This document shows, piece by piece, positions 12,912 to 26,021 of a DNA stretch of 64,000 bases. The notes beneath the pieces were generated by a model that had not been told where the DNA came from, did not search any database, and saw nothing but the letters and a program-made list of their open reading frames with translations. Position 1 is the stretch's first letter, and every line of letters starts with the position of its first letter. The stretch comes from Octopus sinensis. Lineage: Eukaryota. Position numbers and translations under genes: made by a program. The stretch covers positions 16,306,001 through 16,370,000 of the forward strand of contig NC_043010.1 in assembly GCF_006345805.1 (NCBI RefSeq). Direction: 5' to 3'.

Positions 12912-14228
12912 GTATGTGCTGATGTGTTTATTTATGATTCCGTAATGTTTTCCAGTTTGTTGCCATCAATAGCAGAACCTTTCATCATCTTGTATCTACT
13001 AATGGGGATACTGGATAATCCTTGGGATTAACTTCTTAGAATCCTTTGATCATAAGATTGAGTGGTAATTACACAATGAAATAGTTCCTATCCTTAGCAA
13101 TCTGTACATTTTAGCCATAGACTTACTCTTTCTCTCTGTGTCTCATAATGCTTGCCATTTGCAGATGTCTTAAGAAAAGTTTCAGATCCACCCCCACCCT
13201 CCGTTCATTTAACTTTTGTCCCCTCAAGCAACATCTGCATCTTCATCCGTGTAAATTTCAAATAACAAAACAGAAATTTTCTTAACCTTTTACTAAAATG
13301 ATTTCCATGCTCTTTACAATATCCTTTAATTATTGGTTTGTTGTTGTTGTTTTGTATTGTTTTTGTGTAATGTTTATTAAATAGTCTTCAGTGGTGCACA
13401 GCAATATCAACTTTTTTCTCATTCTAAAGCTATAATTATTTAAAATATTATGTCATCGAATTGATTACAGTTTGATTGACCCCACTACCCTTGAAGGGCC
13501 TTAATTTTCTCCCTATATTTCGCTATTACCTTTACATACTTACACTGTCAATTGTCTGACCACCACATTTGTTAATAATTCTAATATCATTTAGAACTAA
13601 TCATCAACTATTTTAAAGGAACTGTTTTAAATCATCAAAAGACAGGAACATTTCTTGACTTCAAGCTAAATTAATTCATCTGGTTTTGAAATTCAGGTTG
13701 ATTTCCCATTTCAAACTTGCCATTCACTAAAATGTAGTCTTGTCTACATCCCTTTTCCCTCCCAGCATATTTAGCGTGTTGGGATTTGGTCTCCATCATT
13801 TGCCACCACAATCTAAATTTCGGTACAATGACCTCCACAGAGGAATTGTTGTTTTGGCTTCCAGTTTCTTCAATAAACCTTAGCACTTGCATGTGTTGCA
13901 TTGACTTCTTCTTTTTCTTTCTTTCTAAGGTTTCAGCTTCTACTAACTTCCAACTTTTCACATGCATTGTCTTTCTAATCGCTGCTCCTATAGAGGAACA
14001 GTTGCCTTTGCCAAAGTTTCTATACATTTTCAGGCTTTTATTGTATAATTCTTGTACTTGCTTGTGTGTATAATGTGTATGTGATGTTTGTCTATAGTTT
14101 TTCATATTTTATATACATGTTTAGACAAGTTTTTAATCAAAGATCTATCATCCTAAGGGTCTTCTAACAGTCCAGTAAAGAAGAAAAAACACATGGAGTC
14201 ACTTTACTTTTTACTTAATGCTTGTTTA

Positions 14229-14266
<38 letters not shown>

Positions 14267-15183
14267 TATGTATAACTTTAATTCTGTGTGATTTATTAAA
14301 TGCAGATTAGCTCCCTCTCTATGTAATATGCAGTAAATGAAACAGGCCAGTTATTACTGATTGCCAGTCTATTAGGTAGCAATGTGGGGTTTTTTTTTTT
14401 ATTTCCTTCACTTAAACAAAATGATGATAGAGAGAAAAGCAATTGAAAACCTTGGGGACAATGAAGACTTGGTAAAATTAGTGACAATTATCTTTGATAA
14501 TTGTTTGAATATTGTTCAGAAACATAATTATATCAAGTGGCAGGTAGATGATTTTAATTATAACTCTTGAAATGTCTCTTAGTTGTAATGGTATTTTAAA
14601 TATTGAAAGATGCTTAACTTTGGGATAAATACAATAACATTTTAACCTCCAGCCTCTGCTCCTCTTCGATGTAGTGTAGTAACACAGATGATGAAGTGGA
14701 GAACAATATTGTTTGACTTGTAGTGCCTTAGAATAGTTATGATAATTAACCATTCATGTAATTAGTAAATTCCTCTCATTGCCACTGGTTACAGCAGCTG
14801 ATAAAGGTTTATAATTCCTTGTTTGAGGCAAGTTGTGAGTTTAGTTTCAAATTTCAGTTGGAATACTTTGATGTTAAAACTTTACAGATTTATTAAAAAT
14901 TTAACTGTTTTTATGGACAATTTAATCTTTCTTTTGTGGAAGCATAAACATATTAAGGCATTCTTATCTCTCTCTCTATCATAATTCAGCAGTTATGTTT
15001 ATAAGTCAATTTTTTTTGTATATTTTTGTAAGTTGCTATTTTACTGGTCAAGCACTAATTATGCATTGTCTTATCTAATTTTTGTTGTTTCCTGAATTTG
15101 TAAATGTCTGATATTCCCGTCATTATTTTGATATTTTCTTAATGAATCTCTTCTAAATAAATCTGTATTTTGTGATTTCTTAG

Positions 15184-15219
15184 AGAGTAAGATTTATCAG
15201 AGAAGAGTGGCATATTGTG
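15184..15219 (+). CDS. hts: Candidate 36-nt cassette microexon: ESKIYQRRVAYC
   Basis: tgtgatttcttAG acceptor, GTG|gtaaga donor, phase 1-1, no stop. ACTAAT lies upstream at 15054. Confidence 0.5.
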
Positions 15220-16680
15220 GTAAGATCAGGAAATCTAATCTTTAATTTATTGCCTATGAGTTGTTCAATTTTATCAAGTTTTGTCAAATATTTATTTACA
15301 ACAGCCAAATATGTCATCCACAAATAATAAAGAAGTTGTTCGTTTGGTTACTAATGACAAAACCTTTTAACTAAAGGCTTGTAAAATCACTTCCAAACAC
15401 TCGGACACATCTCCAATACCCCTGAACACTAGAGCAACGTTGTCTCCCATACCTTCAGTATTCATAGCCTTACTTCAAATACTGTGTTAGAATGTCACCA
15501 CCAACTTCAAAGTGCTGCCTAAGTTCACCTTGGTTTTTCCACTGTAGCCATTCTCAGACATAGACTTGGACAATGAGGAGAGTGCAGTCTGTCTGCACTC
15601 ACACTGCACTCTTAGTGTTCACCACTTCATGTTAAAGTTTGCAGTCTTGTCCTCAATTAGGTAGAAGCATGATAGAAATAGAAAAACAGACTGTTTTGGT
15701 TTGGTTAACTATTTGTGTGCTGTAGGTACACAACTTACTTGGGGATTTATGATTAAAGGGTTCAAGGCAAGTCTATTGGCAGCTTTTCCTGATCTTTTCA
15801 CCTCTTTCTTGCGATATTGGCCTCCCCTTGTTGCTATCTTGTGACATGTAGCAACATCGTCATCATCATCAGCAGCAGCAGCAATGACTTATCAGCAGGT
15901 TTTGGTCTTGTGTTCTTACCTCTCAATTTATTAGTTTAAGTTTTCGGAGTTCACTCTTTGTCTCTCTAACTAAAGCAATGATCATTTGCAACTAAAACTA
16001 CTAAATCTGATGAAAGAACAAAATATTTCCAATTTTATATCTTAATGCAAACGGGGTTTTTTTCTCTTCATTTTAAATTAATTAGCATTAAACTCAAGCA
16101 AAAACAAAATCTGTTAATATTGCTTTGAATATCTCACACACACACAAGAAAGGGCGGGGTAGAGTGGTTGGGAAGAGAAAAAGAAGAGGAGGGATGGAGT
16201 GGTTGGGAGAAGAGAGAGAGAGAGAAGAAAAAAATAAGAGAAAAGGTTATCTTAAACTTTTCATGTTGTGGTAGTAAATGGCACTTATAGCATTCTAGTG
16301 TAGAATCTATTGTCTGCACCCTCTGCTAGAATAATGTTGCAAAATGGTACAAAATGTGTGATTAATGGGTAAGCCCATCCCAAGGAAATATCAAACACAA
16401 AAGCTGCCTCCATGAAAACTCTAAGACAGTGGAATAAAGTTGTTGACAAATCCTAAAGAGTAACTGATTTTGTTTTCTAAGATTGTTGTAAAGACAAAGT
16501 GACTGCAGTGATGATGTGTCTGCTCATAGAAACCTCTGTTTTTATGTTGGTAGGAGTTAGGCACAAAATATGTTGAAATTTGGCACAAAAATATATCTGT
16601 CAATTAGAACAGAACCTTCTAATTCATCTTACAGGTTCATTTATTTTGTTGTATTGAGAGGATCTGTAAAACATCTTGGA

Positions 16681-16897
16681 TGGCCGTTCGCCAGCCTCGT
16701 CTGGCACCTGTGTCGGTGGCACATAAAAAGCACCCTCTACACTCACGGAGTGGTTGGCATTAGGAAGAGCATCCAGCTGTAGAAACACTGCCAGATCTGA
16801 CTGGCCTGGTGCAGCCTTCGAGCTTCCCAGACCCCAGTTGAACCGTCCAACCCATACTAGCATGGAAAGCGGACGTTAAACGATGATGATGATGATG
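16681..16897 (+). mobile_element. Short interspersed repeat family C with (GAT)n tail
   Basis: Ends GGAAAGCGGACGTTAAACGATGATGATGAT. Related copies lie at about 27665-27790, 28960-29055 and 44080-44265 (+), and 28230-28370 and 52208-52405 (-). Confidence 0.85.
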
Positions 16898-17854
16898 TAT
16901 GAATATTCCTTTTGTTAGTAAATAAGTCTTTAGTTGCAAATAGAAGTATTTAGATTTTAAGTGTCTACAGACTTTAGTGAATTGATTGTGCAATAACTTG
17001 TAACATTGTATTTGGCAATAAATATTGAAATAGTCAGCAGTGATGAAGGAGTAGACATTAAGCTATTTGGTATAGAATTTCTGTAAGTAGGGATCAAATA
17101 AGGCTCAATTGCGTTTGATTTATGTCAGAAACATTTCTCTCTTCAGTAAATTATTACACTTCAAATGTCTCTCTTATGTTCTGTGAAATTTTTGAAAAGA
17201 TTTAAAAATAAATATTAATGGAGCGGCTCCTTTTAGTTTTTGTAATTTACCAGAATGTTCAGCAGAATTTGAGCTTATCTCACTTAGCAACATTAGAGGT
17301 ATCTTGAACTTAGTAAGACAACTTACTAAGTTATACTCGTGGAAGGGCTTTCACTTGACACTCATCCCAGATGAATGGATGCTTTGGATTCTTTCTCGTC
17401 TTCCCCTCAGCACTCACAGCTGGGTAACCTCTTCACAGCAGAAGCTTACTCTTTTTACTGAGGAACACACCTTAACACTCGCAATGGAATAGAATTGTAA
17501 ATCCCGGGATTCCTTGGTAAGGTCGTTAGCTTAATTACTTGGTCAGCTGCTTCTCTTGTTTGAAACAGTTTATTTCAAGTCCACCATTATTAATTCTTCC
17601 TCCCATTCTTTCTGTTAATATGGATTCCCACTGCTTAATTCTATTTTCTTTCTGGATAGTGCACGTGTCTATTAAACACTGTTTCGCATATATATTTCAT
17701 AGTCAGTCTTAAATGACATTGCTAAATCAATACGGTTCAGAATTTGAAGAAAATTTCTTCTTGTCAAAGACAAAATAATTTGTGGATGAGAGAGAGAGAG
17801 ACTAAGTGTTAGTCACAAAGAAAAAAAGCATGATGTATTGATAATTTGTTTCAG

Positions 17855-17893
17855 AATCAGTTGTCTGTGAAATGACTGGAAAGCCATCTTCAG
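17855..17893 (+). CDS. hts: Candidate 39-nt cassette microexon: ESVVCEMTGKPSS
   Basis: atttgtttcAG acceptor, CAG|gtgccg donor (weak), phase 1-1, open. Confidence 0.35.
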
Positions 17894-19998
17894 GTGCCGT
17901 CCTTGGAAATTACAACTTGATTGAGCTCTAATCTGAAATCGATATCTTTTTCTGATCAAATCTGATTGGTTTATAAGTCTCAGAAATGAGATGTAAATTT
18001 AATTTCACTGACAGTCTCTGATATTAGCTTAATTTCCCAAGTGACTCTTTCTCTCGTCTTTTGTTTTCTCATTGCACAGTTTCGTGAAACCCCTATAAAA
18101 TAGAAGGTATTCTTTGCTCTGTATCCTTTGCTCTGTTTTCCTATAAAATAGATGCTCAATTGTGCTTTTCAGATCATAAGAAGCGGCTGTCAACCTCAAA
18201 CCAAGGCGAGTAGAAATATAAAAAAACTATAATTCTGTAGATATTGTGATTTGAATATTGAAGTTGTGGAAAGCTTAGTGTTGTAAACCTTAGTGTTGAT
18301 ATAGTATTGCATATCTGTAAATGAATGCACACACATGCACATAGGTTAAACATGCATATGCATACACACATCGTAGTTGTTATGTTCAGACTTATGTAGA
18401 GGAATAATTACATATTCATTTAAAAATAAACTCGTATATAATTATATATATATGCATTATGCAGCCATGCTTTTAATATACATACACACATGCTCAAAAA
18501 TGAATTAAGCTTTCAGTTACTCTTCTGCTATAAACCCCTCGTTCTCCCCCCTCTCTCTCTCTCTTTCTCCTTTAGTTGTTGTCTCTTTATGCCAACTGCT
18601 TCTTTTAGAGAACTTTCCTGTCATAATCTGGGAAATATCCATGTAGACAGGGTCAGTTTATTTAATCAGAAACTGAAAAAGACAAAATGTTTCTTGCAAT
18701 GGTTACGATTTATCCCCATTTTGTATTTCTTCTAGGACTGCACCACAACCTAGTGGCCATATTCTTTGTCATTGCATCTGTCTTTCAATGTGCATGTCTT
18801 GACTGTAATATGTACTGCCTCCAACATATGCTTGTATGTGTGCATAATCATGGGTGAATTTGGTTATAGTATTTGCAACTTTTTGTAACTCGGTTTACAT
18901 TCTGGAAGTTCCAACAATATCTGATTGAGCAACCATGAAAGTATGTGGAATTTTGTGTATCTGCAATTCAGTAATTAATGGGGGTTGTTTTGTAAAAGTA
19001 CAAGAGACTGGTTACTTTAATTATTAAATACCTGTAATATACTTGGGAGTCCTATTCCTCTCATAGTCTTGTAGACTTTTCACAATATTGTTGCTGTATA
19101 AATTCTTTCTAATCTGTCTCGATGTCTCTGCTATGATTCAATCTCTTAGACACCAGCGACTTAAAAAAGACAAAAAATAAAATAATAAAACCCACCGTTC
19201 ATCTGAATAATTTTCTTCTTCCAATTGACAAGTCCTGGCTTAGTTTTTGGAACTTCTTTAGAAAAACCCAGAGGTAGTTGTATTTCCAGATAATGGGGTT
19301 TGCAGGTTTAGAAATGTACTATTGAACCTGGTGAAATATTTTGTTATTTATCAAATAAACTCTATGAAACAGATTTTCTTGATTTTTCTTGAAGTTTTAC
19401 ATTTGAAACTTCTTTGCCCGGTATTTTGGCCAGAAGTAAGACTGGTGTAGTGTGAGCAGGGGTTGAATTTAGTTTAGTATCAGTGGTTGTTAAGGAGTAG
19501 GTGTAGCACCTCCTGGAGGTGAGGGAGGGCCATTGTGAGGTTACTAGGGGCCAGTAACCATCAGGTGGGGGGAATGTCATAATTTTTCTTATAATTATAA
19601 AATATATAAATTAGGTATAACACTACATATTTTAAACAAAAAAAAAATTGTGCATGTTCAGTACATTGTTATGAATGAGTAGAAACCTGGCTGATAATGT
19701 ACCAAACATCTAATATAATTCCATAAAGTCTTTATTTTTTTGAAGAAATTTCTATAAAAATTTAACACAGGGGACTCTCGTCCACCAAATATGTAAAGCA
19801 AAGATTAAACCTAAGCCTGTTCATTTGTTTGTATCTTGAGTTGTAAAAGCATTTCTGAAATATTTAAGGCTGTGATACTGCTTCTGTCCATGTATTTTAC
19901 CTTAAAGACTAATTAGATTAATTAAGGATTTCATCTCTCATATATTTCAGCAGCTTACATTGGTTTACTTTCTGCTCATTGACTCCTCTTTTCATTAC

Positions 19999-20001
<3 letters not shown>

Positions 20002-20035
<34 letters not shown>
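20002..20035. repeat. (TA)n microsatellite
   Basis: Direct reading. Confidence 0.95.
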
Positions 20036-20039
<4 letters not shown>

Positions 20040-20317
20040 AACTTCCTTGTCGTCGGCTCTGTTCACAAGATTCGTCCTTCTCAACGTATCTTCTTAGCCT
20101 TCTTGCTGTGTATTTCCTCTCCTCCGAAATCCTCCCTATACAATATCTGTTCCGCTGCCATCAATCAATCTTCAACTTCTTCAATAGTCTTCTTTGTTGT
20201 TTGGTATTTTTTGTCACCCACTTGTGTGTGTTTTTGTTTGTTTGTGTTTACCTTACCTCTATCTTCCTCACGTGAATGTCTCACTAGATGTTGTCATCTT
20301 TATCGTAATTGTATTAA

Positions 20318-20662
20318 CCCTTTATTTACTATCTTCCCGGCTTCCCCTCCCCTCCCCCCATTCTCTTCAGACCCTTTACTGTGTTGGTTAAACAGGGCAA
20401 ATGTCTTTGAAGCAATATTATTCTCTGTTGATTGCATTTTCGGCTTTCTTGAAGTAAGCTGAAAATTGTAAAAGAAATACAGAGTTTCCCAGTGTTTTTC
20501 CTTCCAACTGTTGAATGGTTTGAAATTGAACCATTTTCCTTTTATTTTGGGCTGGTTTTTTTACCTCCATATTAGACAAATTATCAAACTAAATTCCAAC
20601 AAAAGCAAAACGAATGCATCTAACGAAGCCAGTTGCCTGGCTGACTGTCGGTGAATAAAGGG
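20318..20662. mobile_element. piggyBac-type MITE
   Basis: TTAA at 20314-20317 and 20663-20666. TIRs CCCTTTATTTAC / GTGAATAAAGGG match at 11 of 12 positions. Confidence 0.65.
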
Positions 20663-20731
20663 TTAATTTGTCTGTGTTGAATATTTGTATTGGATCAGCG
20701 CAGGCTTTGAAATATGTGATCTTCTTTTCAG

Positions 20732-20775
20732 GAAAGACAGATTTCCCTAAGGAATACCCACATACTGCAGTATGA
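20732..20775 (+). CDS. hts: Candidate alternative last coding exon: GKTDFPKEYPHTAV*
   Basis: gatcttcttttcAG acceptor with phase-1 entry matching the upstream donors. TGA at 20773-20775, then a UTR-like A/T-run region with AATAAA at 23815 and 24358. Confidence 0.5.
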
Positions 20776-21536
20776 ATGGTCTGCTTCTACTACTACTACT
20801 ACCTCTTGTTTGTTCTCCTACCTCCTACTTCTATATTACAAAGGAGCCCTAGGGGGCCACAGGGCAGATTGCTTTCTTATCTGGCTTACTAATTATAATT
20901 ATTATTATTATTTTTCCAAATGATTCCTTATTTTTAATGAACTCTTGAACTTGACGACATTCCTCTTTTAACTTTCCTAACTTGGCTTCTCATGCAACAC
21001 TGAAGAACTGTTTTCACAACACACAAACACCCCAACACAGATGAAGAAACAACATTAGGAAATCACTATAAAAACTGCTTTAAAAATGAAAACAATAAAA
21101 AAAAACTGAAAGTATTTATTTTATTTTCAATTTCATCTTTTCTTTAAAAAAAAAAAATATATACAAGAAAGAAAAAAACCTAAAACAAAAAGGAACTTAA
21201 AACTCTTTTAAAACTGTCTTCGAATGCTTCTCCCTCTGCCTTTTTATTTTTTATTAATGTTTGCTTTTTCGGTGTTACATAGGATTTTCCAAAATCTGTA
21301 GAATTTCTAAATTAATCGAGCCGCATCTTCTAGTTTTGGTTGGGGGAAAGGAAGGGAAGGAGGGTGGTGATGGTACCGATGTCTTTCTCTCTGCCACCAC
21401 CATCACACCAGCACCCAACTCCTTTCAATAGTTTTCTTCTGCTCATTCTGCCTCCCCAGAAAATATTCTTTTATTGCTATTTCCTACATGGAAATGTAGC
21501 ATTATTGTGTATATTGCCCAATATTAACACTACCAG

Positions 21537-21573
<37 letters not shown>

Positions 21574-22091
21574 TCTGTGTGGGTACATGCATGTATGTAT
21601 ACATACATACGCACATGCCTATATATATATGTGTGTGTCTGTGTGAAGCCTGTCTTTGCCATTTAAAAAAAAAAACTTGTTAGACTCAGCCTTTCTCTTC
21701 CCCCTCCCCTCCCCCAACGCACACACACACACACTTCTGCCTTTCTCAGTCATTCAGTGCCTCAAATCCTCTCCTCATTGCATTTTCCTTTCCCTCTGCT
21801 TCACTGCGACTAAAGATATGCAAAACCATAAACCATAGTGATCTGTTTGCTTAACAACTTTCTACGTAGGAGTGTATTGTGTGTGTGTGTGTGTATATAC
21901 GTATGTATATATGTTTGTATAGAGACAATGGTACAAGTAAACAACCACAACTGCTTGGGTTTGATATACAAAAGATCTGTATATATGTACAAAGCAAAGA
22001 CTGAAACTTTTCAGCCAATGAATATTCAAGTATAAGTATATTTATATATTAACAGAGCAAATGTACACAGTACAAAGACACAGAAAATTAA

Positions 22092-22300
22092 AGGGAGAAA
22101 TATATGCTGTTACAAGTCCAACAGCTGTTTCTGGGGGCTCAGATTTACTTCATAATGTTGGCAGATGTGGTTCACCAGAATATGCAATCAGTAATTTGCT
22201 TCCATTACCAGTTGCATATATTTTTGCGATCTAGATTATGAAGTAAGTCTGAGCGCCCAGAAACAGCTGTCGAACTTGTAACAGCATATATTTCCCCCCT
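22092..22300. mobile_element. Foldback MITE, Kolobok/T2-like
   Basis: TTAA flanks at 22088-22091 and 22301-22304, AGG termini, about 70-bp near-perfect inverted arms and a second inner stem. Confidence 0.8.
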
Positions 22301-25300
22301 TTAATTGCACTCTAAGTTTGCTCTGTTAATATATAAACACCTCTATATTTATACTTGAATATTCATTGTCTGAAAATGTTCAGTCTTTGCTTTCTCTCTA
22401 CTTACATGTGTATATTTGGGATTTTGGATATCTAACTCAAGCAGTTGCATTAGTTTACTTGTATTATTGACTCCATATCTACTCACCTGGATTCCTCTTG
22501 TAGCTACTCTTTACCCGATGAACATACCCTTGGGGTAAAGATTTCAGAGTCTAAGTTCAAATCATTGAGCACTACTGTTCTCTGTATTGAAAAGCTCTGG
22601 ATCACATCTGTTGACTGTGTGTGTACGTGTACACATGTATACATACATACACTTTAGGAAAAAGTTGGCAATTAGAACTTAAGGCTTAGTATGTGTGTAT
22701 ATACGTGTGTGTGTGTACATATATTGTCTGGCCCATGCCAGCATGCAAAGTAGACATGAAATTATGGTGATATGCGTGTGTATATATATATATATATGGA
22801 TGAAGGATGCCAGGTAAACAAACCTGTTACTGCACAGACTACTTGTAATTTACCTGATGTAGTCTAGACATGCATAGCCAGTCTGCACCAGGAGTGCCAT
22901 GAAGATTCATTTGTCAAAGGTAAATTCCACCTTCACTCAATTTCACATTCCTTATTTGAAAACAAAAAATTGCATGAATTTTTAATATAATTTTGATTCT
23001 TTAATATAAAAGTTTGTTACTCCATATATAGACTTGATTCCTGTATATGGATTTGGCTCTGTACATGGTTCTTGCCCCATGGACCTGGTTCCTTATATAT
23101 GTAGGGTTCTGCTGATTTCAATTTGTCTCATATTCTCCCAATATTTTGCGCTGAAATTCAAAATGTGAAGCAAAAATACACCACCCCTCCAAAAAAAAAA
23201 AATCAGAAAAAAAAGACAGTTAACAAACAATAGAGAAATTTTTCTTGAATTATTTCATCAATTCTTTGCCAGCCACCAAAATATGTTGAACAGAATTAGC
23301 AAAGAAAACCATTTCTTTTAGTGCTTTTGCTTTTAATTGTTTTAATAATTAAAAAAAAAAAAGGTTCTCCAATTTACTTAGTTGCTAATTATCGTTATTA
23401 TTTGTATTTTAATGGTAATACGTAGTCAAATATGTGTGTGTTTTTCCAAAACAAATTTGTTTACTTTCTAAAAAAAAAAAAGAAAAGAAAAAAGGATTTA
23501 AAACCAACACCCTAACCCTCCCACAAAAGGTGCAGAAAAGAGAATTTATATATATATATAAAAAAAAAAAAGAAGCAAGTTTCATCTTTTGGTTTTGTTT
23601 CAAAACAGCAGCTATTTGTTATGTCTGTTTCACTTTCCTGTGGAGTTTTAGTCTGCAACTGCACTTTTCCCAGATTCTCTCTGCCACTATCAAGGTTTAT
23701 TTGCCCCATAAACAGGAAAAGAAAGAAAGAAAGAACTAACCAACCTTCTCTTTCCCCTCCATCCTCCAACTGTCCATGGTATTATTCTTTCTCTATGTAA
23801 AGTAAAATGTCTGAAATAAAGTTTTTAGTATTAACTGTGATCCACACTGGAATGTGAATGTCTTTTCTTGTCCTTCTCATTAACAATCTTCATTTAACCA
23901 GATTCCATTATTCATTTGTCTTAAAACAACAGAAGAAAAACCAATGCCACCCTCCTTTTTAGTCCAAAAAAATATACTTTACAATGTCTCACTGCATTCT
24001 GTGTTTACATATTTGCAAATTCTATTCAGTTGTTTATTGTTGTCCCATTATTTTCTATTGGCTGTTCATATTCAAGCCTTTTTGGCTTGCTATCATAGGT
24101 CACTCTTACAAGATCACCGTTAATGAACTGACCAGCTTTTGGTGTTGCTGCACGCTTGACCTAACTTCTTCCCGATTCCATTTTATCAGTCAGGCTCGAC
24201 TATTATCTCTTCCTCTCAAAGTAACACATTTTAATTTCCTTACCTATTCACTTCTCTCTTAGACCAATTTACTCTTAACATATTAATATCCTTCTTTTTT
24301 TTTTAATGTTTGTACACTGGAATATTAATAGTTTAAAATCTGTTCTTACTCTGAAATAATAAAGCCAGGCCATGAAAGAGCTGTAGTGCAACATGCTCAT
24401 CAAACTTGTTGCAGTACTTATTTGATTCTAATCATGACTTTACTGGCATTGAATGGCTTCCAGGAGATCTTTTTTGAAGCTTTCAAGCCTTCATTTCACA
24501 ACTGCTAAATCCTCACATTCTTAGTAATAGGCTAACCTGATTTTAAAGTGCTAAAATACACACTCACATACTTTTAGGACACGTGCGCATATACTTCTGT
24601 GCACCAAACATTTTCATGCTCTGTTGGCATATAAGAAATTATATATAAACTTCCTAAATGTGGAAAATATTCAACAATGGAAATGTAATTCTCAATATTA
24701 TAGGTGTGTAAATTTCATGGAAATGATTTCCATATCCTTTATACTGCCAACTTTTATTACTACTACTACTACTACTGTTCCATACATCCATAACCTAATT
24801 TTGCTTTAGTCACTGTCTGTGTTTGTGTTGGCACATTTTCTATTTGCCTTTGCACTATATTTTCATCAGAAATATATTTTTTTAAACTAGTCATGGCATC
24901 ATCTGTAGTTTATTATTTTTTTCTTCCGTTACAGCAATCAGCCTTGAAAATTTGCTCCCTTAAATAAGGTTTTATTTATTCGATATTGATAAAAGGGCTC
25001 TGCTAATCACTACATTCAAACTTTCTGTAAAAACCATGGCTAAATAGAAATATTTGGTTTTATAACAACCTGTAATAGTTGCTGGTGCCATTTTCTTATT
25101 ATATCAGGGTTTTTTTTAAAGGAGCTGAGCCAATCACTTGCCTTTATCTCGTTTCATAACTTGTCTTCAGTCAAACATTTAGTGGGGTGAAGTAGGGGCT
25201 GAATGTCCCCCAAACACACCTGTGAGATGGCTGTGTGTAGTTTTCTTTAGTGAAGTTGTTACACTTTTTTTTGCTCCAAAGACAAGAAGTCCAAATGTTG

Positions 25301-25560
25301 CAGCCATCTTCTACAATCGAAGTTGTTCTTGGTATGTCGCCTATCTCTTGCTTATCCCTTTAAACTTTGGACTTCACCATTATTCTGGTATCAAAACCAG
25401 AAAGATAGCTAGCACTTTGTTCAAAATGAAACCCGAAACCTCCCAAAATAAAAAGGGACTTTCGCAATTTGTATCCAGCATCTCTAATACATTCGAGAAG
25501 GCTTTCATGTTAAAACTTTTGACTTTTTAAGAAACTCTCTTCTAAGTAGATTATTATTAT

Positions 25561-25695
25561 TCTGCCAAGATTGACTTTGCCTGTCATCCTTTCAGGGTTG
25601 ATAAAATAAGTACCGGTTGAGCACTGGGGTCGATGTAATCAACTAGCTCCATTCCCCCCAAATTTCAGGCCTTGTGCCTATAGGAGAAAGGATTC
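25561..25695 (+). mobile_element. SINE family B, 5'-truncated
   Basis: GACTTTGCCTGTCATCCTTTCAGGGTTGATAAAATAAGTACC matches 49949-50180. Confidence 0.8.
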
Positions 25696-26021
25696 TCATT
25701 GTTGTTAAACCTTGGTGCTAAATCCTTCTCCTTTATGCCTACTTTTCTATGCCAGCTTGAATAAAATGCATTTCGGGTAGTATTTTAGGGTGCATTGGTC
25801 TCCACTTCCCCTTACCTGTTTTTTAAGTAATGAATTTTATTCCACAGACCTACCAGATAAACAAGCCATTACCATCTTGCTCAAACTATCATGCCAAGAT
25901 GTACAGAATGTAAACACATATACACTATATATATATATATATAGTATGTGTTTACATAATTCTAGTTTGTTTATTTGATATTTTGTCACAAATTTGTGTA
26001 AGGCACCTATTTCCTATGAAG

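Noticed and set aside
13165-13262. Acceptor ccatttgcAG giving DVLRKVSDPPPPSV...
   Set aside because: The only donor (gtaaat, 13251) is weak and phase 0, so it is not frame-symmetric. Readthrough ends in an unremarkable stop.
14382-14570. 62-aa ORF with possible donors at 14472 and 14544
   Set aside because: No pyrimidine-backed acceptor, and both donors are phase 0.
20037-20462. 141-aa Cys-rich hydrophobic ORF
   Set aside because: It starts directly after (TA)n, runs through CT-rich sequence and crosses into a MITE. Low stop density explains its length.
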